A stretch of 64,000 nucleotides of DNA from an uncultured Clostridia bacterium (GTDB lineage Bacteria > Bacillota > Clostridia > Oscillospirales > Oscillospiraceae): the NCBI GenBank assembly GCA_946617435.1, contig CAMOKD010000003.1, positions 5,779 to 69,778 on the forward strand. Direction: 5' to 3'. A program made the translations under genes and the position numbers. Position 1 is the stretch's first letter. Every line of letters begins with the position of its first letter. This document shows, piece after piece, positions 1 to 8,876 of this stretch. The notes beneath the pieces were generated by a model. It saw nothing but the letters and a program-made list of their open reading frames with translations. It was not told where the DNA came from and did no database searches.

Positions 1-1070
1 ACCAGCATGGACAGATACAGCACCAGGATGGCCGCTGCCGCCCGCAGGGCGTCGTGGCCGAGCCGCCGGCCAAAGAAGCCGGCGTCCTCTCTGCGCCGGT
101 ATACTGCCGCGGCCCCTGCCAACAGCACGGCCAGGGTGGTGGTCTTCATGCCGCCTGCAGTAGACCCCGGAGAACCGCCCACCAGCATCAGGGCAATCAT
201 CAAGGTCCGCCCGGCCCCGGTCATCCGGTCCAGCGCCGCAGTATTGAACCCGGCGGTTCTTGCGGTGACGGACTGGAACAGGGCTGCCAAGGCCCGGCTG
301 CTGCCGGGCAGATCTGCAAAGTCGAAGAGATAGAACAGTGCGGCCGGCAGCAGAATCAGGATTCCGGTGGTGGAGAGAATCACCTTGGTCTGCATCCTCC
401 AGCGGCGAACGTGGTGCCTGTGCAGGGCCAGGTCCTGCCAGGTGAAAAACCCCAGGCCTCCCGCAACAATCAAGGCCATAATCACCAGGTTAACCCCCCA
501 GCTGCTCTGCCAGCCGGTAAGGGAGACAAAGGGCGCCGCCGGGGTGCCCATCAGGTCAAAGCCCGCGTTGCAAAAGGCGGATACCGCGTGGAACACCGCC
601 ATCCACACCCCGCGCCAGCCCCACTTGGGTACAAAGCAGGGCGCCAGCGCCGCCGCCCCGACCGCCTCGGCAAGCAGGGTGACGCGCAGGGCAAAGCCGG
701 TGAACCGGACGATGCCCCCCAGGGTGGGGGCTGCAGCGGCCTCCTGGAGGGTGCTGCGCTGACGCAGATTGATCCGTCTGCCGGAGACCTTGACCACCAA
801 GGTGGCCACAGTGATCACCCCCAGGCCGCCCACCTGGATGAGCCCCAACAGCACCGCCTGGCCAAAGCCGGACCAGTAGCTGGCCGTATCCCGCACCACA
901 AGCCCGGTGACGCACACCGCCGAGGTGGCGGTAAACAGGGCGTCGGGGAAGGGCGTCCACACCCGGTCCCGGGCGGCAACCGGCAGACACAGCAGCCCGG
1001 CGCCGGCCAGAATCACAGCGGCAAAGCTGAGGAGGATGGTTTGAAAGGCAGTGAGCTGAATCTTTTTCAT
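1..1070 (-). CDS. ktrB: Trk/Ktr-family K+ uptake membrane subunit (N-terminal part; gene runs off left edge)
   Basis: Not in the ORF track because it is open to the window edge. Translating the reverse strand from ATG (complement of 1068-1070) gives MKKIQLTAFQTILLSFAAVILAGAGLL..FTATSAVCVTGL..LIQVGGLG..FHAVSAFCNAGFDL..TARTAGFN, the repeated pore-loop signatures of KtrB/TrkH. GGAGG RBS (complement of 1077-1081) lies 6 nt upstream. Confidence 0.85.
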   Translation of the reverse strand, partial: MKKIQLTAFQTILLSFAAVILAGAGLLCLPVAARDRVWTPFPDALFTATSAVCVTGLVVRDTASYWSGFGQAVLLGLIQVGGLGVITVATLVVKVSGRRINLRQRSTLQEAAAAPTLGGIVRFTGFALRVTLLAEAVGAAALAPCFVPKWGWRGVWMAVFHAVSAFCNAGFDLMGTPAAPFVSLTGWQSSWGVNLVIMALIVAGGLGFFTWQDLALHRHHVRRWRMQTKVILSTTGILILLPAALFYLFDFADLPGSSRALAALFQSVTARTAGFNTAALDRMTGAGRTLMIALMLVGGSPGSTAGGMKTTTLAVLLAGAAAVYRRREDAGFFGRRLGHDALRAAAAILVLYLSML

Positions 1071-1226
1071 GGAATGCCTCCGAAGTGCTGGTGCTTCTGT
1101 GGATTATAGTATGGCATAAAAGGTTTAAAGCCGGTGTAAAAAGGCATAACCCGGCGTAAAGATTCTGTTAAGGCTTGGAATATCAAATTCCGGCGCAGTT
1201 TGGCGCCCTCTTCGGCAAAAAAACAC

Positions 1227-1255
1227 TTGCGTTCTGGGCCGGAGTGTACTATAAT
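1227..1255 (+). promoter_or_regulatory. sigma-A type promoter for murC
   Basis: TTGCGT (1227-1232), 17-nt spacer, TATAAT (1250-1255), about 40 nt upstream of the murC start. Confidence 0.6.
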
Positions 1256-1296
1256 ACCCTTCGCATAAGAATACAATAAACAGGTGAGGCAACACT

Positions 1297-2670
1297 ATGT
1301 CTTCTAACAGATACGATACCATCCGGGCCTGCTTCCAGCCCGGCAAGCACGTCCATCTGGTGGGCGTGGGCGGCGTTTCCATGCGGCCCCTGGCCCTGGT
1401 GCTCCGGGGCATGGGCATGGAGATCAGCGGCTCGGATATGAACGCCTCGGTTTCCACCCAGGAGCTGGAGGCCAAGGGCATCCGGGTCTATGTGGGCCAC
1501 AGCGCCGAAAATATCCGGGGGGCCGACTGCATCATCCGCACTGCCGCCGCCCACAACGACAACCCCGAAATCGCTGCTGCCCGTGCCCAGGGCATCCCCG
1601 TGTTTGAGCGGGCCCATGCCTGGGGCGTGATTATGCGGGAGTATGAGCACGCCATCTGCATCTCCGGCACCCACGGCAAAACCACCACCACCGCCATGGT
1701 CACCCATATTTTTATGGAGGCCCAGCGGGATCCCACGGTGATGATCGGCGGCTATCTGCCCCTGCTCCATGCCAGCCACCGGGTGGGCAACAGCAACACC
1801 ATCATTGCCGAGAGCTGCGAGTACTGCAACTCCTTTTTGAGCTTCTCTCCCACTGTGGTGGTGGTAAACAACGTAGAGGCGGACCACCTGGACTTCTTTA
1901 AGGATCTGGATGATATCAAGGCCTCCTTCCGCAAGTTTGCCCAGCTGATCCCCGACCGGGGCGCCGTAATCGCCAACGGCGACGACGCCAACACCATGGA
2001 CGCCCTGAAAGGGCTGAACTTCATCACCTTCGGCATGGGGGAGCAGAACCAGGTTCGCGGCGCCAATTTCTCCCAGGATTGGCGGCACTTTGACGTGATC
2101 TGTGACGGCGCGCTGTACTGCCATGTGGACCTGGCGGTCTATGGCCGGTACAACGCGATGAACGCCTTGGGCGCCTGTGCAGTGGCTTGGCTGATGGGCG
2201 TGGACGGGGAGACCGCCTCCCGGGGCCTGGCCGGCTTCCACGGCGCGGGCCGCCGGCTGGAGTTCAAAGGCCGTGTCAACGGCGCCGACGTGTATGACGA
2301 CTACGCCCATCACCCCGGCGAGATCCAGGCCATGCTGGGCGCGGTAAAGACCATGGGTTATCAGCGGGTGGTGGTGGCCTTCCAGCCCCACACCTACAGC
2401 CGCACCAAGGCCCTGTTTGAGGATTTTGTCCGGGTGCTCGGCCAGGTGGATCACCTGGTGCTGGCGGAAATCTACGCCGCCCGGGAGCGCAACACCGTGG
2501 GCATCTCCTCCAGGGACCTGGCAGACCGGATCCCCGGCGCAGTGTTCTTTGAGAGCCTGCCGGAGGTCAGCGACTATCTGCGCTCGATTGCCCGGCCCGG
2601 TGACATTCTGCTCACCGTGGGCGCCGGTGATATCTACAAGGCCGGCGAGGCCATCTGTGAGAAAAACTGA
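1297..2670 (+). CDS. murC: UDP-N-acetylmuramate--L-alanine ligase
   Basis: 457-aa ORF with an AGGTGAGG RBS. N-terminal Rossmann motif HLVGVGGVSM and Mur-ligase P-loop GTHGKTTTTAMV; length is typical of MurC. Confidence 0.93.
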   Translation: MSSNRYDTIRACFQPGKHVHLVGVGGVSMRPLALVLRGMGMEISGSDMNASVSTQELEAKGIRVYVGHSAENIRGADCIIRTAAAHNDNPEIAAARAQGIPVFERAHAWGVIMREYEHAICISGTHGKTTTTAMVTHIFMEAQRDPTVMIGGYLPLLHASHRVGNSNTIIAESCEYCNSFLSFSPTVVVVNNVEADHLDFFKDLDDIKASFRKFAQLIPDRGAVIANGDDANTMDALKGLNFITFGMGEQNQVRGANFSQDWRHFDVICDGALYCHVDLAVYGRYNAMNALGACAVAWLMGVDGETASRGLAGFHGAGRRLEFKGRVNGADVYDDYAHHPGEIQAMLGAVKTMGYQRVVVAFQPHTYSRTKALFEDFVRVLGQVDHLVLAEIYAARERNTVGISSRDLADRIPGAVFFESLPEVSDYLRSIARPGDILLTVGAGDIYKAGEAICEKN

Positions 2671-2671
2671 G

Positions 2672-2715
2672 CAATACAAATCCCCCTTCGGCACGCCGGA
2701 GGGGGATTTGTATTG
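2672..2715. terminator. bidirectional rho-independent terminator between convergent murC and permease genes
   Basis: Perfect 16-bp stem caatacaaatccccct / agggggatttgtattg with a 12-nt loop. Confidence 0.7.
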
Positions 2716-2732
2716 TCGCGGCAGGGGGCAGG

Positions 2733-4241
2733 TTATGCCTTGGCCCTGCGCTTCAGCTTTTTCTTGGAGGTGTTGTCCCGGGTGGATTTCTGCTCTTTTT
2801 TGTCCTTGGGCAGGCAGATGTTCAGCACAATGGCCAGCAGGGCAGCGGGCACAATGCCGGAGCCGCCGAAGATGTACTTCAGCCACTGGGGCATAAAGCC
2901 CTGCACCGCCGCGGTGGCGCCCAGACCATAGCCCAGGCCCAGCGCCACAGCCACGATGGTGGCGTTGCGGCCGTCCAGGGGCTCCTCGGTGAGCAGGTTG
3001 ATGCCGGAGACCACGATGGAGGCAAACATCATTACCGCTGCGCCGCCCAGAACGGGCTGGGGCATAATGTTGATGATGGCGCCGATTTTGGGGAACAGGC
3101 CCGCCAGCACCAGGATGATTGCGCCCATCAGAATGGCAAACCGGTTGACCACCTTGGTGATGCCCACCAGGCCTACGTTCTGGCTGAAGGAGGTGTTGGG
3201 CAGCACGCCGAAGCAGGCGGCAATGGAGGAGCCCACGCCGTCACAGATCACAGAGCCGGAGAGCTCCTTGTCGCTGGGATCCCGGTTCAGGCCGCCCTTG
3301 GTGACGCCGGCGGTGTCGCCCACGGTCTCCACGGCGGTGACCACAAACATAATCAGCATGGGGATGATGGCCTGCAGATTGAACTGGGGCTTCACCGGCA
3401 GGATCTTTGGGATGGCAAACCAGCTGGCATCGGCCACCTTGCTCCACTGGGTGACGTAGGCGGGAATGGCGGTCTTGGTGACCTCCGCGCCGTCCTCCAT
3501 GACGGTATAGGTAAAGGTCGTGGGCAGCACCAGGCCCATAATCAACGAGACAATATAGCCCACCACAATGCCCAGCAGGATGGCAGCAATGGAGGGGAAG
3601 CCCTTAAACGCATGCTTGAACAGGATAATGGCGCCCAGGGTGACCAGGCCCAGGAAGAGATTCCACATAGAGCCGTAGTCCGGGGCGGAGGTGCCGCCGC
3701 CGAAGAAGCCGACGCCCACGCCGAACAGGCTCAGGCCGATGGCGGTAACCACAGTGCCGGTGACCACCGGGGGGAAGAACTTCCGTAGGGGCTTGATGGC
3801 AAAGCCCAGGGCCGCCTCAAACAGGCCGCCTACAATACAGGCGCCCATCAAGCAGCCGTAGGCGTAAATGCCCGCCTCGGCGCTCTCGGCCACCAGGCCC
3901 ACCGCCGTGGCGCCCACAGTCATCATGCTGGCGGCAATGCCGTTGTTAATGCCGATAAAGCCGGAGGAGGTGCCCATTACAATGGGCAGGCGGCTGCCGA
4001 TGGGACCCAGGGGATAGAGCTGCAAAATGGTGATCAGGCCTGCAATCAGCATGGCGTTTTGCAGCAGGGTCACGCGCAGGGGGTCGTCAGTGGCAATTTT
4101 GCAGGTGCCCATAATAATGATCAGCGGGGTCAGGTTGCCCACAAACATGGCCAGCACATGCTGCAGGCCCAGGGGGATGGCGGTGCGCAGGGGAAGCCTG
4201 CCGTTGAGCTCATAAGGCGAGGTGTAAGATGGCGTTTTCAT
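2733..4241 (-). CDS. nucleobase:cation symporter-2 (uracil/xanthine permease family)
   Basis: 502-aa polytopic membrane ORF. The N-terminus PLRTAIPLGLQHVLAMFVGNLTPLII and the later SFSQNVGLVGITKV are NCS2 hallmarks. GGAAGGG RBS. Lys-rich C-terminal tail. Confidence 0.88.
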   Translation of the reverse strand: MKTPSYTSPYELNGRLPLRTAIPLGLQHVLAMFVGNLTPLIIIMGTCKIATDDPLRVTLLQNAMLIAGLITILQLYPLGPIGSRLPIVMGTSSGFIGINNGIAASMMTVGATAVGLVAESAEAGIYAYGCLMGACIVGGLFEAALGFAIKPLRKFFPPVVTGTVVTAIGLSLFGVGVGFFGGGTSAPDYGSMWNLFLGLVTLGAIILFKHAFKGFPSIAAILLGIVVGYIVSLIMGLVLPTTFTYTVMEDGAEVTKTAIPAYVTQWSKVADASWFAIPKILPVKPQFNLQAIIPMLIMFVVTAVETVGDTAGVTKGGLNRDPSDKELSGSVICDGVGSSIAACFGVLPNTSFSQNVGLVGITKVVNRFAILMGAIILVLAGLFPKIGAIINIMPQPVLGGAAVMMFASIVVSGINLLTEEPLDGRNATIVAVALGLGYGLGATAAVQGFMPQWLKYIFGGSGIVPAALLAIVLNICLPKDKKEQKSTRDNTSKKKLKRRAKA

Positions 4242-4275
4242 GTGTATCCCTTCCTTTCAACTGAAATACGTCATA

Positions 4276-4304
4276 ATTATACACGATTACGCATATAATT
4301 GCAA
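4276..4304 (-). promoter_or_regulatory. sigma-A type promoter for the permease gene
   Basis: On the minus strand: TTGCAA, 17 nt, TATAAT. Only about 35 nt of leader, which leaves no room for a riboswitch. Confidence 0.65.
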
Positions 4305-4307
4305 GCG

Positions 4308-4343
4308 AAAAAATCACAAGGCTGCCCGTTCCGGACAGCCTTG
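4308..4343 (-). terminator. rho-independent terminator after the O-antigen-ligase-like gene
   Basis: Minus-strand hairpin caaggctg..cagccttg (4317-4343) followed by TGATTTTTTC. Confidence 0.7.
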
Positions 4344-4347
4344 CGTT

Positions 4348-5892
4348 TTATTGTTCAGATTTCTTTTGCAGTCCCATCCACACCAGCATTCCGGCCATAA
4401 TCCAGAAGTAGGCCAGCATATAGGGCTCTTCAAAAATGTTTTCCAGGTAGCAGTGTACCAGCACGCCCACCAGGCCGGCCAGCAAGCCGGCAGTCATAGG
4501 ATTTCGCTTGCTGTGGCGGGTGGCCACCCAGGACCGCAGCCCCGCAAAGAGCATACTTACCAGCATCAGGCAGTAGCTGACCAGACCCACATAGCCGTTT
4601 TCGGCCAGAATCTTCATGTAGTAGTTGTCCACATAGAAGTAGGTCCACCAGTAGCGCACCTTATTCTGCATGGCGATGGCGCCGCCGAAGCCGCCAAATC
4701 CGATGCCGAACACCGGGTCCACCGCCATCAGGTAGCCCATGGCCTTTTGCCAGCGCATCGCCCGGCCGCCCCTGGCGTTGGAGGCGGCAAAGTCGCCGGT
4801 AAACAGGTACATGATCCGGCTGGACACAAAGGGCAGCAGCAGGGAGGCGAAGGCCCCGGCAATCAGCAGCACCAGCAGCCGCAGGTCCGCCAGCAGGCAG
4901 AACACCACCGCCGCCGCAAACAGACCCACCCAGGCGCCCCTGGACATGGTGAACAGACAGGACAGGCACATACAGCCCGTGATGCCCACATACAGCACCT
5001 TTTTGCGCCAATCCGGGGTCACATAGGCCATGGCCAGTGCCATGGGGGCAAACATCAGCATATAGTCGCCCATGATGTTGGGGCTGCCGAAGATGGAGAA
5101 TACCCGGGTGCGGACGCTCTGCTCCGCGGCATCCACCCAATGGGAGGGGATGGGTACCGCCAGGATATACTGCACAATGCCGTGCAGGGCAATCACCGTG
5201 GCCCAAAAGACCAGCGTCCGGTACAGCCGGTCCAGGTCCTCATTTGTGCGCAGGAGCCTGGTCACAACGTAGAACCACAGAATGCCCTGCATAGTGGCCC
5301 GGAAGCCGTCAATGGTAATGGAGTACAGCCCGGCGTAGTTGCGGATGATCGCCAGCCCCACGCCCACAATCAGAAACTGCAGGATGCCCACGTCAACGGC
5401 GTTGGTTCTGGGGGCCATGGGGGCGGGGGCGTGGATGCGCTGCTTCAGCACCACGGCAATGGCCAGCACCAGCAGCAGCTCGTCCCACAGGGAGCTGAAC
5501 ACCGGGATAGACAGCACGTCCCGCAGCAGGTAGTCAATGATGCCGTAAGAGCCCAGCACATAGCACAGCACCGCGGTGGTGCCGCCCCGGAACATCCAGC
5601 CCAGCACCCGGCTGCGGCCCAATGCCCGGTACAGGGCCCGGTGGACCCGCATGGGGAAGCTCTCCTCCAGCACCTGACCCCAGCGCTGCCCAAACCGCCA
5701 CAGCCGCTGGTTCAGCCGCTCAAGCCGCCGGTGCAGCCCGGAGCCCAGCACCCGGGCCGGCCGGGTAAAGCAGCCCCACAGCCACACAAAGAAGGGGGCT
5801 CGGAGCAGCCGGGCAGCGTTGCTCTGCCGGCACAGCCTTACAAAGCCCTGCCACAGCTGCCAGATCAGGCTGCTGTGGAGTAGCTCATTCAT
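4348..5892 (-). CDS. O-antigen ligase/polymerase-like (Wzy_C family) integral membrane protein
   Basis: Polytopic ORF with the motif TMSRGAWVGLFAAAVVF, typical of the O-antigen ligase family. I place the start at MNELLHSS (5892), which has GGAGG 6 nt upstream and overlaps the stop of the upstream DUF4330 gene by 8 nt. The track ORF extends to 5934. Confidence 0.75.
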   Translation of the reverse strand: MNELLHSSLIWQLWQGFVRLCRQSNAARLLRAPFFVWLWGCFTRPARVLGSGLHRRLERLNQRLWRFGQRWGQVLEESFPMRVHRALYRALGRSRVLGWMFRGGTTAVLCYVLGSYGIIDYLLRDVLSIPVFSSLWDELLLVLAIAVVLKQRIHAPAPMAPRTNAVDVGILQFLIVGVGLAIIRNYAGLYSITIDGFRATMQGILWFYVVTRLLRTNEDLDRLYRTLVFWATVIALHGIVQYILAVPIPSHWVDAAEQSVRTRVFSIFGSPNIMGDYMLMFAPMALAMAYVTPDWRKKVLYVGITGCMCLSCLFTMSRGAWVGLFAAAVVFCLLADLRLLVLLIAGAFASLLLPFVSSRIMYLFTGDFAASNARGGRAMRWQKAMGYLMAVDPVFGIGFGGFGGAIAMQNKVRYWWTYFYVDNYYMKILAENGYVGLVSYCLMLVSMLFAGLRSWVATRHSKRNPMTAGLLAGLVGVLVHCYLENIFEEPYMLAYFWIMAGMLVWMGLQKKSEQ

Positions 5893-6499
5893 TGCCTGCC
5901 TCCACATCCGGGAAGGTCTCCAGCTTGTCCACAATGGTGTCGCTCACTTCGATGGTAAAGGTCTTTACGATATAGGGCTTGCCAATGCGGAGCTCCTGGG
6001 TGCCCAGTACGGTGTTCATATTGCCGCCGATCATGATGTTGGGAACCTCCTTGTCGATGTAACCGCTGATGCAGAACCGCAGGTTGCACAGGGTCGGGTC
6101 CTCCACATTGACGGCATGTCCGTTTGCGTCCACCCCCACGGTGTAGCAGGGCTCAATTTGAATGTCGGTGATGTAGGCGTCCAGATACTGGTTGCTGTTA
6201 AACAGCCGCAGCCCTGTGGTGGCGGCAACTGCCTCAGCGGCCTGTCTGGGGTACCCGTAGCGGACGGTTTCAAAGACGATGTTGGGCTGAAAGCCTGCCG
6301 GGGCGCCGCCGATCAGGGCACTGGTCTCCTCAGTGGATTCTTCGGGATTCTCACCGTTCAGATTGGCCAGCGCAGGACCTGCCAGCTTAAACACAACAAC
6401 CACAACTACCGCAACCAGCAGCAGAATCAGGAAAAAATCGATGATGTTCAGCTTGCCGAACACCTTGCCCTTGGCCTGGGCCTCTTTCTTTTCTTTCAT
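5885..6499 (-). CDS. DUF4330 family protein (single N-terminal TM helix)
   Basis: 204-aa ORF. The N-terminus KGKVFGKLNIIDFFLILLLVAVVVVVV matches my recollection of the DUF4330 signature. AGGAGG RBS. Confidence 0.7.
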   Translation of the reverse strand: MKEKKEAQAKGKVFGKLNIIDFFLILLLVAVVVVVVFKLAGPALANLNGENPEESTEETSALIGGAPAGFQPNIVFETVRYGYPRQAAEAVAATTGLRLFNSNQYLDAYITDIQIEPCYTVGVDANGHAVNVEDPTLCNLRFCISGYIDKEVPNIMIGGNMNTVLGTQELRIGKPYIVKTFTIEVSDTIVDKLETFPDVEAGNE

Positions 6500-6647
6500 A
6501 TTGCCTCCTGTACAGAATATTTATTTGATTCTCCGGCCAATCTGTATTATAATAGAGAAAACAGGCGGAGAATCGCCGGAACGCGTCACAGCTTCCAGTA
6601 TTATACATGATTTTTTCTCTCTTCACAAGGGGGAAAGGAGCAAAAAT

Positions 6648-8876
6648 ATGAAAATCATCCATCTGATCTCCGGCGGCGACGTGGGCGGCGCCAAAACCCA
6701 TGTGCACACGCTGCTGCAGGGTCTGCACCAGACCGAGACTGTGCTGCTGATCTGCTTTACCGACGGCCCCTTTGCCCGGGAGGCCAAGGAGCTGGGCATT
6801 CCCACCCGGGTGCTCAGCAATGGCCTGCCCAGGGCCATCCGGACCCTGACGGAGCTCATCCGGACCGAGGGCTTTGAGGTGATCCACTGCCACGGGGCCA
6901 AGGCCAATATGATGGGCGCCCTGCTGAAGCAAAAGCTGGGCATCCCCACGGTGACCACTGTGCACAGCGACTACCGGCTGGACTACATGGGCCGGCCCCT
7001 TGCCGCCATGACCTACGGGCTGATCAACAAAATCGCGCTGCGCCGTATGGACAACTGGATCGGCGTGTCTGACATGACGGTGAACATGCTGGTCAGCCGG
7101 GGCTTTGACGTGCAGCGCTGCTTTGCCATTTACAACGGCGTCAACTTCCAGGGCATTGAGCCCTCTGTGGACCGGCAGACCTATCTGTCCCGCCTGGGGG
7201 TGGACGCAGGCCCTGACACCCCGGTTTTCGGCATTGCTGCCCGTATTAACCCGGTCAAGGACATGGAAACCCTGATCCGTGCCTTCGCCCTGGCGGTGCG
7301 GGACCAGCCCCAGTGCCGCCTGGTCATTGCCGGCGACGGGGAGCAGCGCAAGCAGATGGAGGCCCTGGCCGCAGAGCTCTGCCCGGCGGGCACGGTGACC
7401 TTTGCCGGCTGGATTGAGGACACCAACAGCTTCTACCACGCCCTGGACGTCAACGTGCTGACCTCTCTGTCCGAGACCTTCCCCTACGCCCTCACCGAGG
7501 GCGCCCGCCAGGGCTGCGCCACCATCTCCTCCCGGGTGGGCGGCGTGCCGTATCTCATTGACCACGAGATCAACGGCCTGCTCTTCCGGGCCCGGGATGT
7601 GGAGCAGCTGGCCAAGCATATGATCCGCCTGGCCAAGGATCCGGCGCTGCGCCGCACCTTTGGGCAAAGGCTGTACGATAAAACCAAGTCGGAATTCTCC
7701 ATCGAGGCCACTGTGGCCCGGCAGAAGGAGATCTACGCCACCATTCTCCGCCGCAGGCAGCGGGCCCAGGCCAAGCCCCGTGACGGCATTCTGATCTGCG
7801 GGGCTTACGGCAAGGGCAACTCCGGCGACGACGCCATTCTCAATGCCATGGTGACCCAGCTCAAGGCGGACGACCCGGATATGCCGATCTACGTCACCAC
7901 CCGGACCCCCCGGCAGACCAGCCGGGACGTGCGGGTGGGCTCCATCCACACCTTCCGCTTCCTGGCCATCCGGCGGCGGCTGTGCAAAACGGAGCTCTAT
8001 CTCTCCGGCGGCGGCAGCCTGGTTCAGGATTCCACCAGCAGCCGCTCGCTGTGGTATTATCTCCACTCCATCCGCACCGCCAAGCGCACGGGCAACAAGG
8101 TGATGATGTTCAGCTGCGGCATCGGCCCGGTGCGCCGTAAGCTCAACCGCCGCCTGGCCCGCCGGGTGGTCAGCCGGAATGTGGACGCCATCACCCTCCG
8201 GGATGAGACCAGCGCCCAGGAGCTGCGCCGTCTGGGCATCCTGGGAATCCCCACCCAGGTCACCGCGGACATGGCCTTCCTGGTAGACCCGGCCCCGGCC
8301 GGGCAGCTGGCCACCTTCCTGGAGTCTGTGGGGGTGCAAAGCGGCACGGACTATCTGCTCCTGGCCCCCCGGCCCTGGCAGGAGGCCCGCCGCCATATTG
8401 ACGACTTTGCCGCCGCCGCCCAATACGGCGCCCGGGCCTATGGGCTGGTGCCCATTCTGATGGCCATGGAGCCCACACGGGACCACGCCATCTGCCGCCA
8501 GATTGCCGACAAGCTGGAGGGCCTGCACTGTCTGATCGTAGACGCCCCCGAGGACGCCCGCCTGGTGGTGGGGCTGATGCGCCGGGTCAAAGCGGTCATC
8601 GGCATGCGGCTGCACTCGCTGGTCTTTGCGGCCTCCCAGGGCACCCCCTTTGCCGGGGTGGCTTATGACCCGAAGGTCAGTGGATTCTTAGACTACATCG
8701 GCCAGGGCGAATACTGTCTGCTCTCCCAGGCGGACGAGCAGACGCTGAAGGACCTGCTGGATCATATGCTCCTGTCCCAGGGGGAGTTTGGCACTGCCGC
8801 CCTCCGCCTGCGGGAGCTGGCCCGGGAAAACTGCCGGGTGGCCTGGCAGCTGCATGAGAAAGGAGCCATCCAATGA
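6648..8876 (+). CDS. csaB: fusion protein: GT4-family glycosyltransferase (N) + polysaccharide pyruvyl transferase CsaB (C)
   Basis: Start taken at ATG 6648 (MKIIHLISGGDVGGAKTHV), preceded by GGGGGAAAGGAG. The track ORF start at 6333 would overlap the opposite-strand DUF4330 gene. The N-terminal half has GT4 features (FGIAARINPVKD, EGARQGCATISSRVGG). After the linker RRRQRAQAKPRDG, the C-terminal half starts ILICGAYGKGNSGDDAIL, the CsaB/PS_pyruv_trans signature. Confidence 0.85.
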   Translation: MKIIHLISGGDVGGAKTHVHTLLQGLHQTETVLLICFTDGPFAREAKELGIPTRVLSNGLPRAIRTLTELIRTEGFEVIHCHGAKANMMGALLKQKLGIPTVTTVHSDYRLDYMGRPLAAMTYGLINKIALRRMDNWIGVSDMTVNMLVSRGFDVQRCFAIYNGVNFQGIEPSVDRQTYLSRLGVDAGPDTPVFGIAARINPVKDMETLIRAFALAVRDQPQCRLVIAGDGEQRKQMEALAAELCPAGTVTFAGWIEDTNSFYHALDVNVLTSLSETFPYALTEGARQGCATISSRVGGVPYLIDHEINGLLFRARDVEQLAKHMIRLAKDPALRRTFGQRLYDKTKSEFSIEATVARQKEIYATILRRRQRAQAKPRDGILICGAYGKGNSGDDAILNAMVTQLKADDPDMPIYVTTRTPRQTSRDVRVGSIHTFRFLAIRRRLCKTELYLSGGGSLVQDSTSSRSLWYYLHSIRTAKRTGNKVMMFSCGIGPVRRKLNRRLARRVVSRNVDAITLRDETSAQELRRLGILGIPTQVTADMAFLVDPAPAGQLATFLESVGVQSGTDYLLLAPRPWQEARRHIDDFAAAAQYGARAYGLVPILMAMEPTRDHAICRQIADKLEGLHCLIVDAPEDARLVVGLMRRVKAVIGMRLHSLVFAASQGTPFAGVAYDPKVSGFLDYIGQGEYCLLSQADEQTLKDLLDHMLLSQGEFGTAALRLRELARENCRVAWQLHEKGAIQ

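Noticed and set aside
1071-1226. c-di-AMP (ydaO-type) riboswitch upstream of ktrB
   Set aside because: The -10 element lies only about 30 nt from the start codon, and none of the conserved ydaO motif blocks could be found in the region.
4242-4310. Purine/guanine riboswitch upstream of the nucleobase permease
   Set aside because: The leader is only about 35 nt between the TATAAT and the ATG, too short for an aptamer. The rest of the spacer is the upstream gene's terminator.
6333-6647. N-terminal 105-codon extension of the GT4-CsaB ORF, as listed in the track
   Set aside because: The extension would overlap the opposite-strand DUF4330 gene and the promoter region. A strong RBS precedes ATG 6648, and the GT4 fold begins at MKIIHLISGG. 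Similar upstream extensions were trimmed for mnmA (9385), deoD (24048), deoB (24865), rlmA (22398), rnhB (61026) and the 44735 ORF.
1249-8615. Long antisense ORFs: 1249-2886(-), 4240-5883(+), 6387-8615(-)
   Set aside because: They mirror murC, the Wzy_C-like gene and the GT4-CsaB gene respectively. They have no conserved motifs and a biased Gly/His/Ala/Pro composition.
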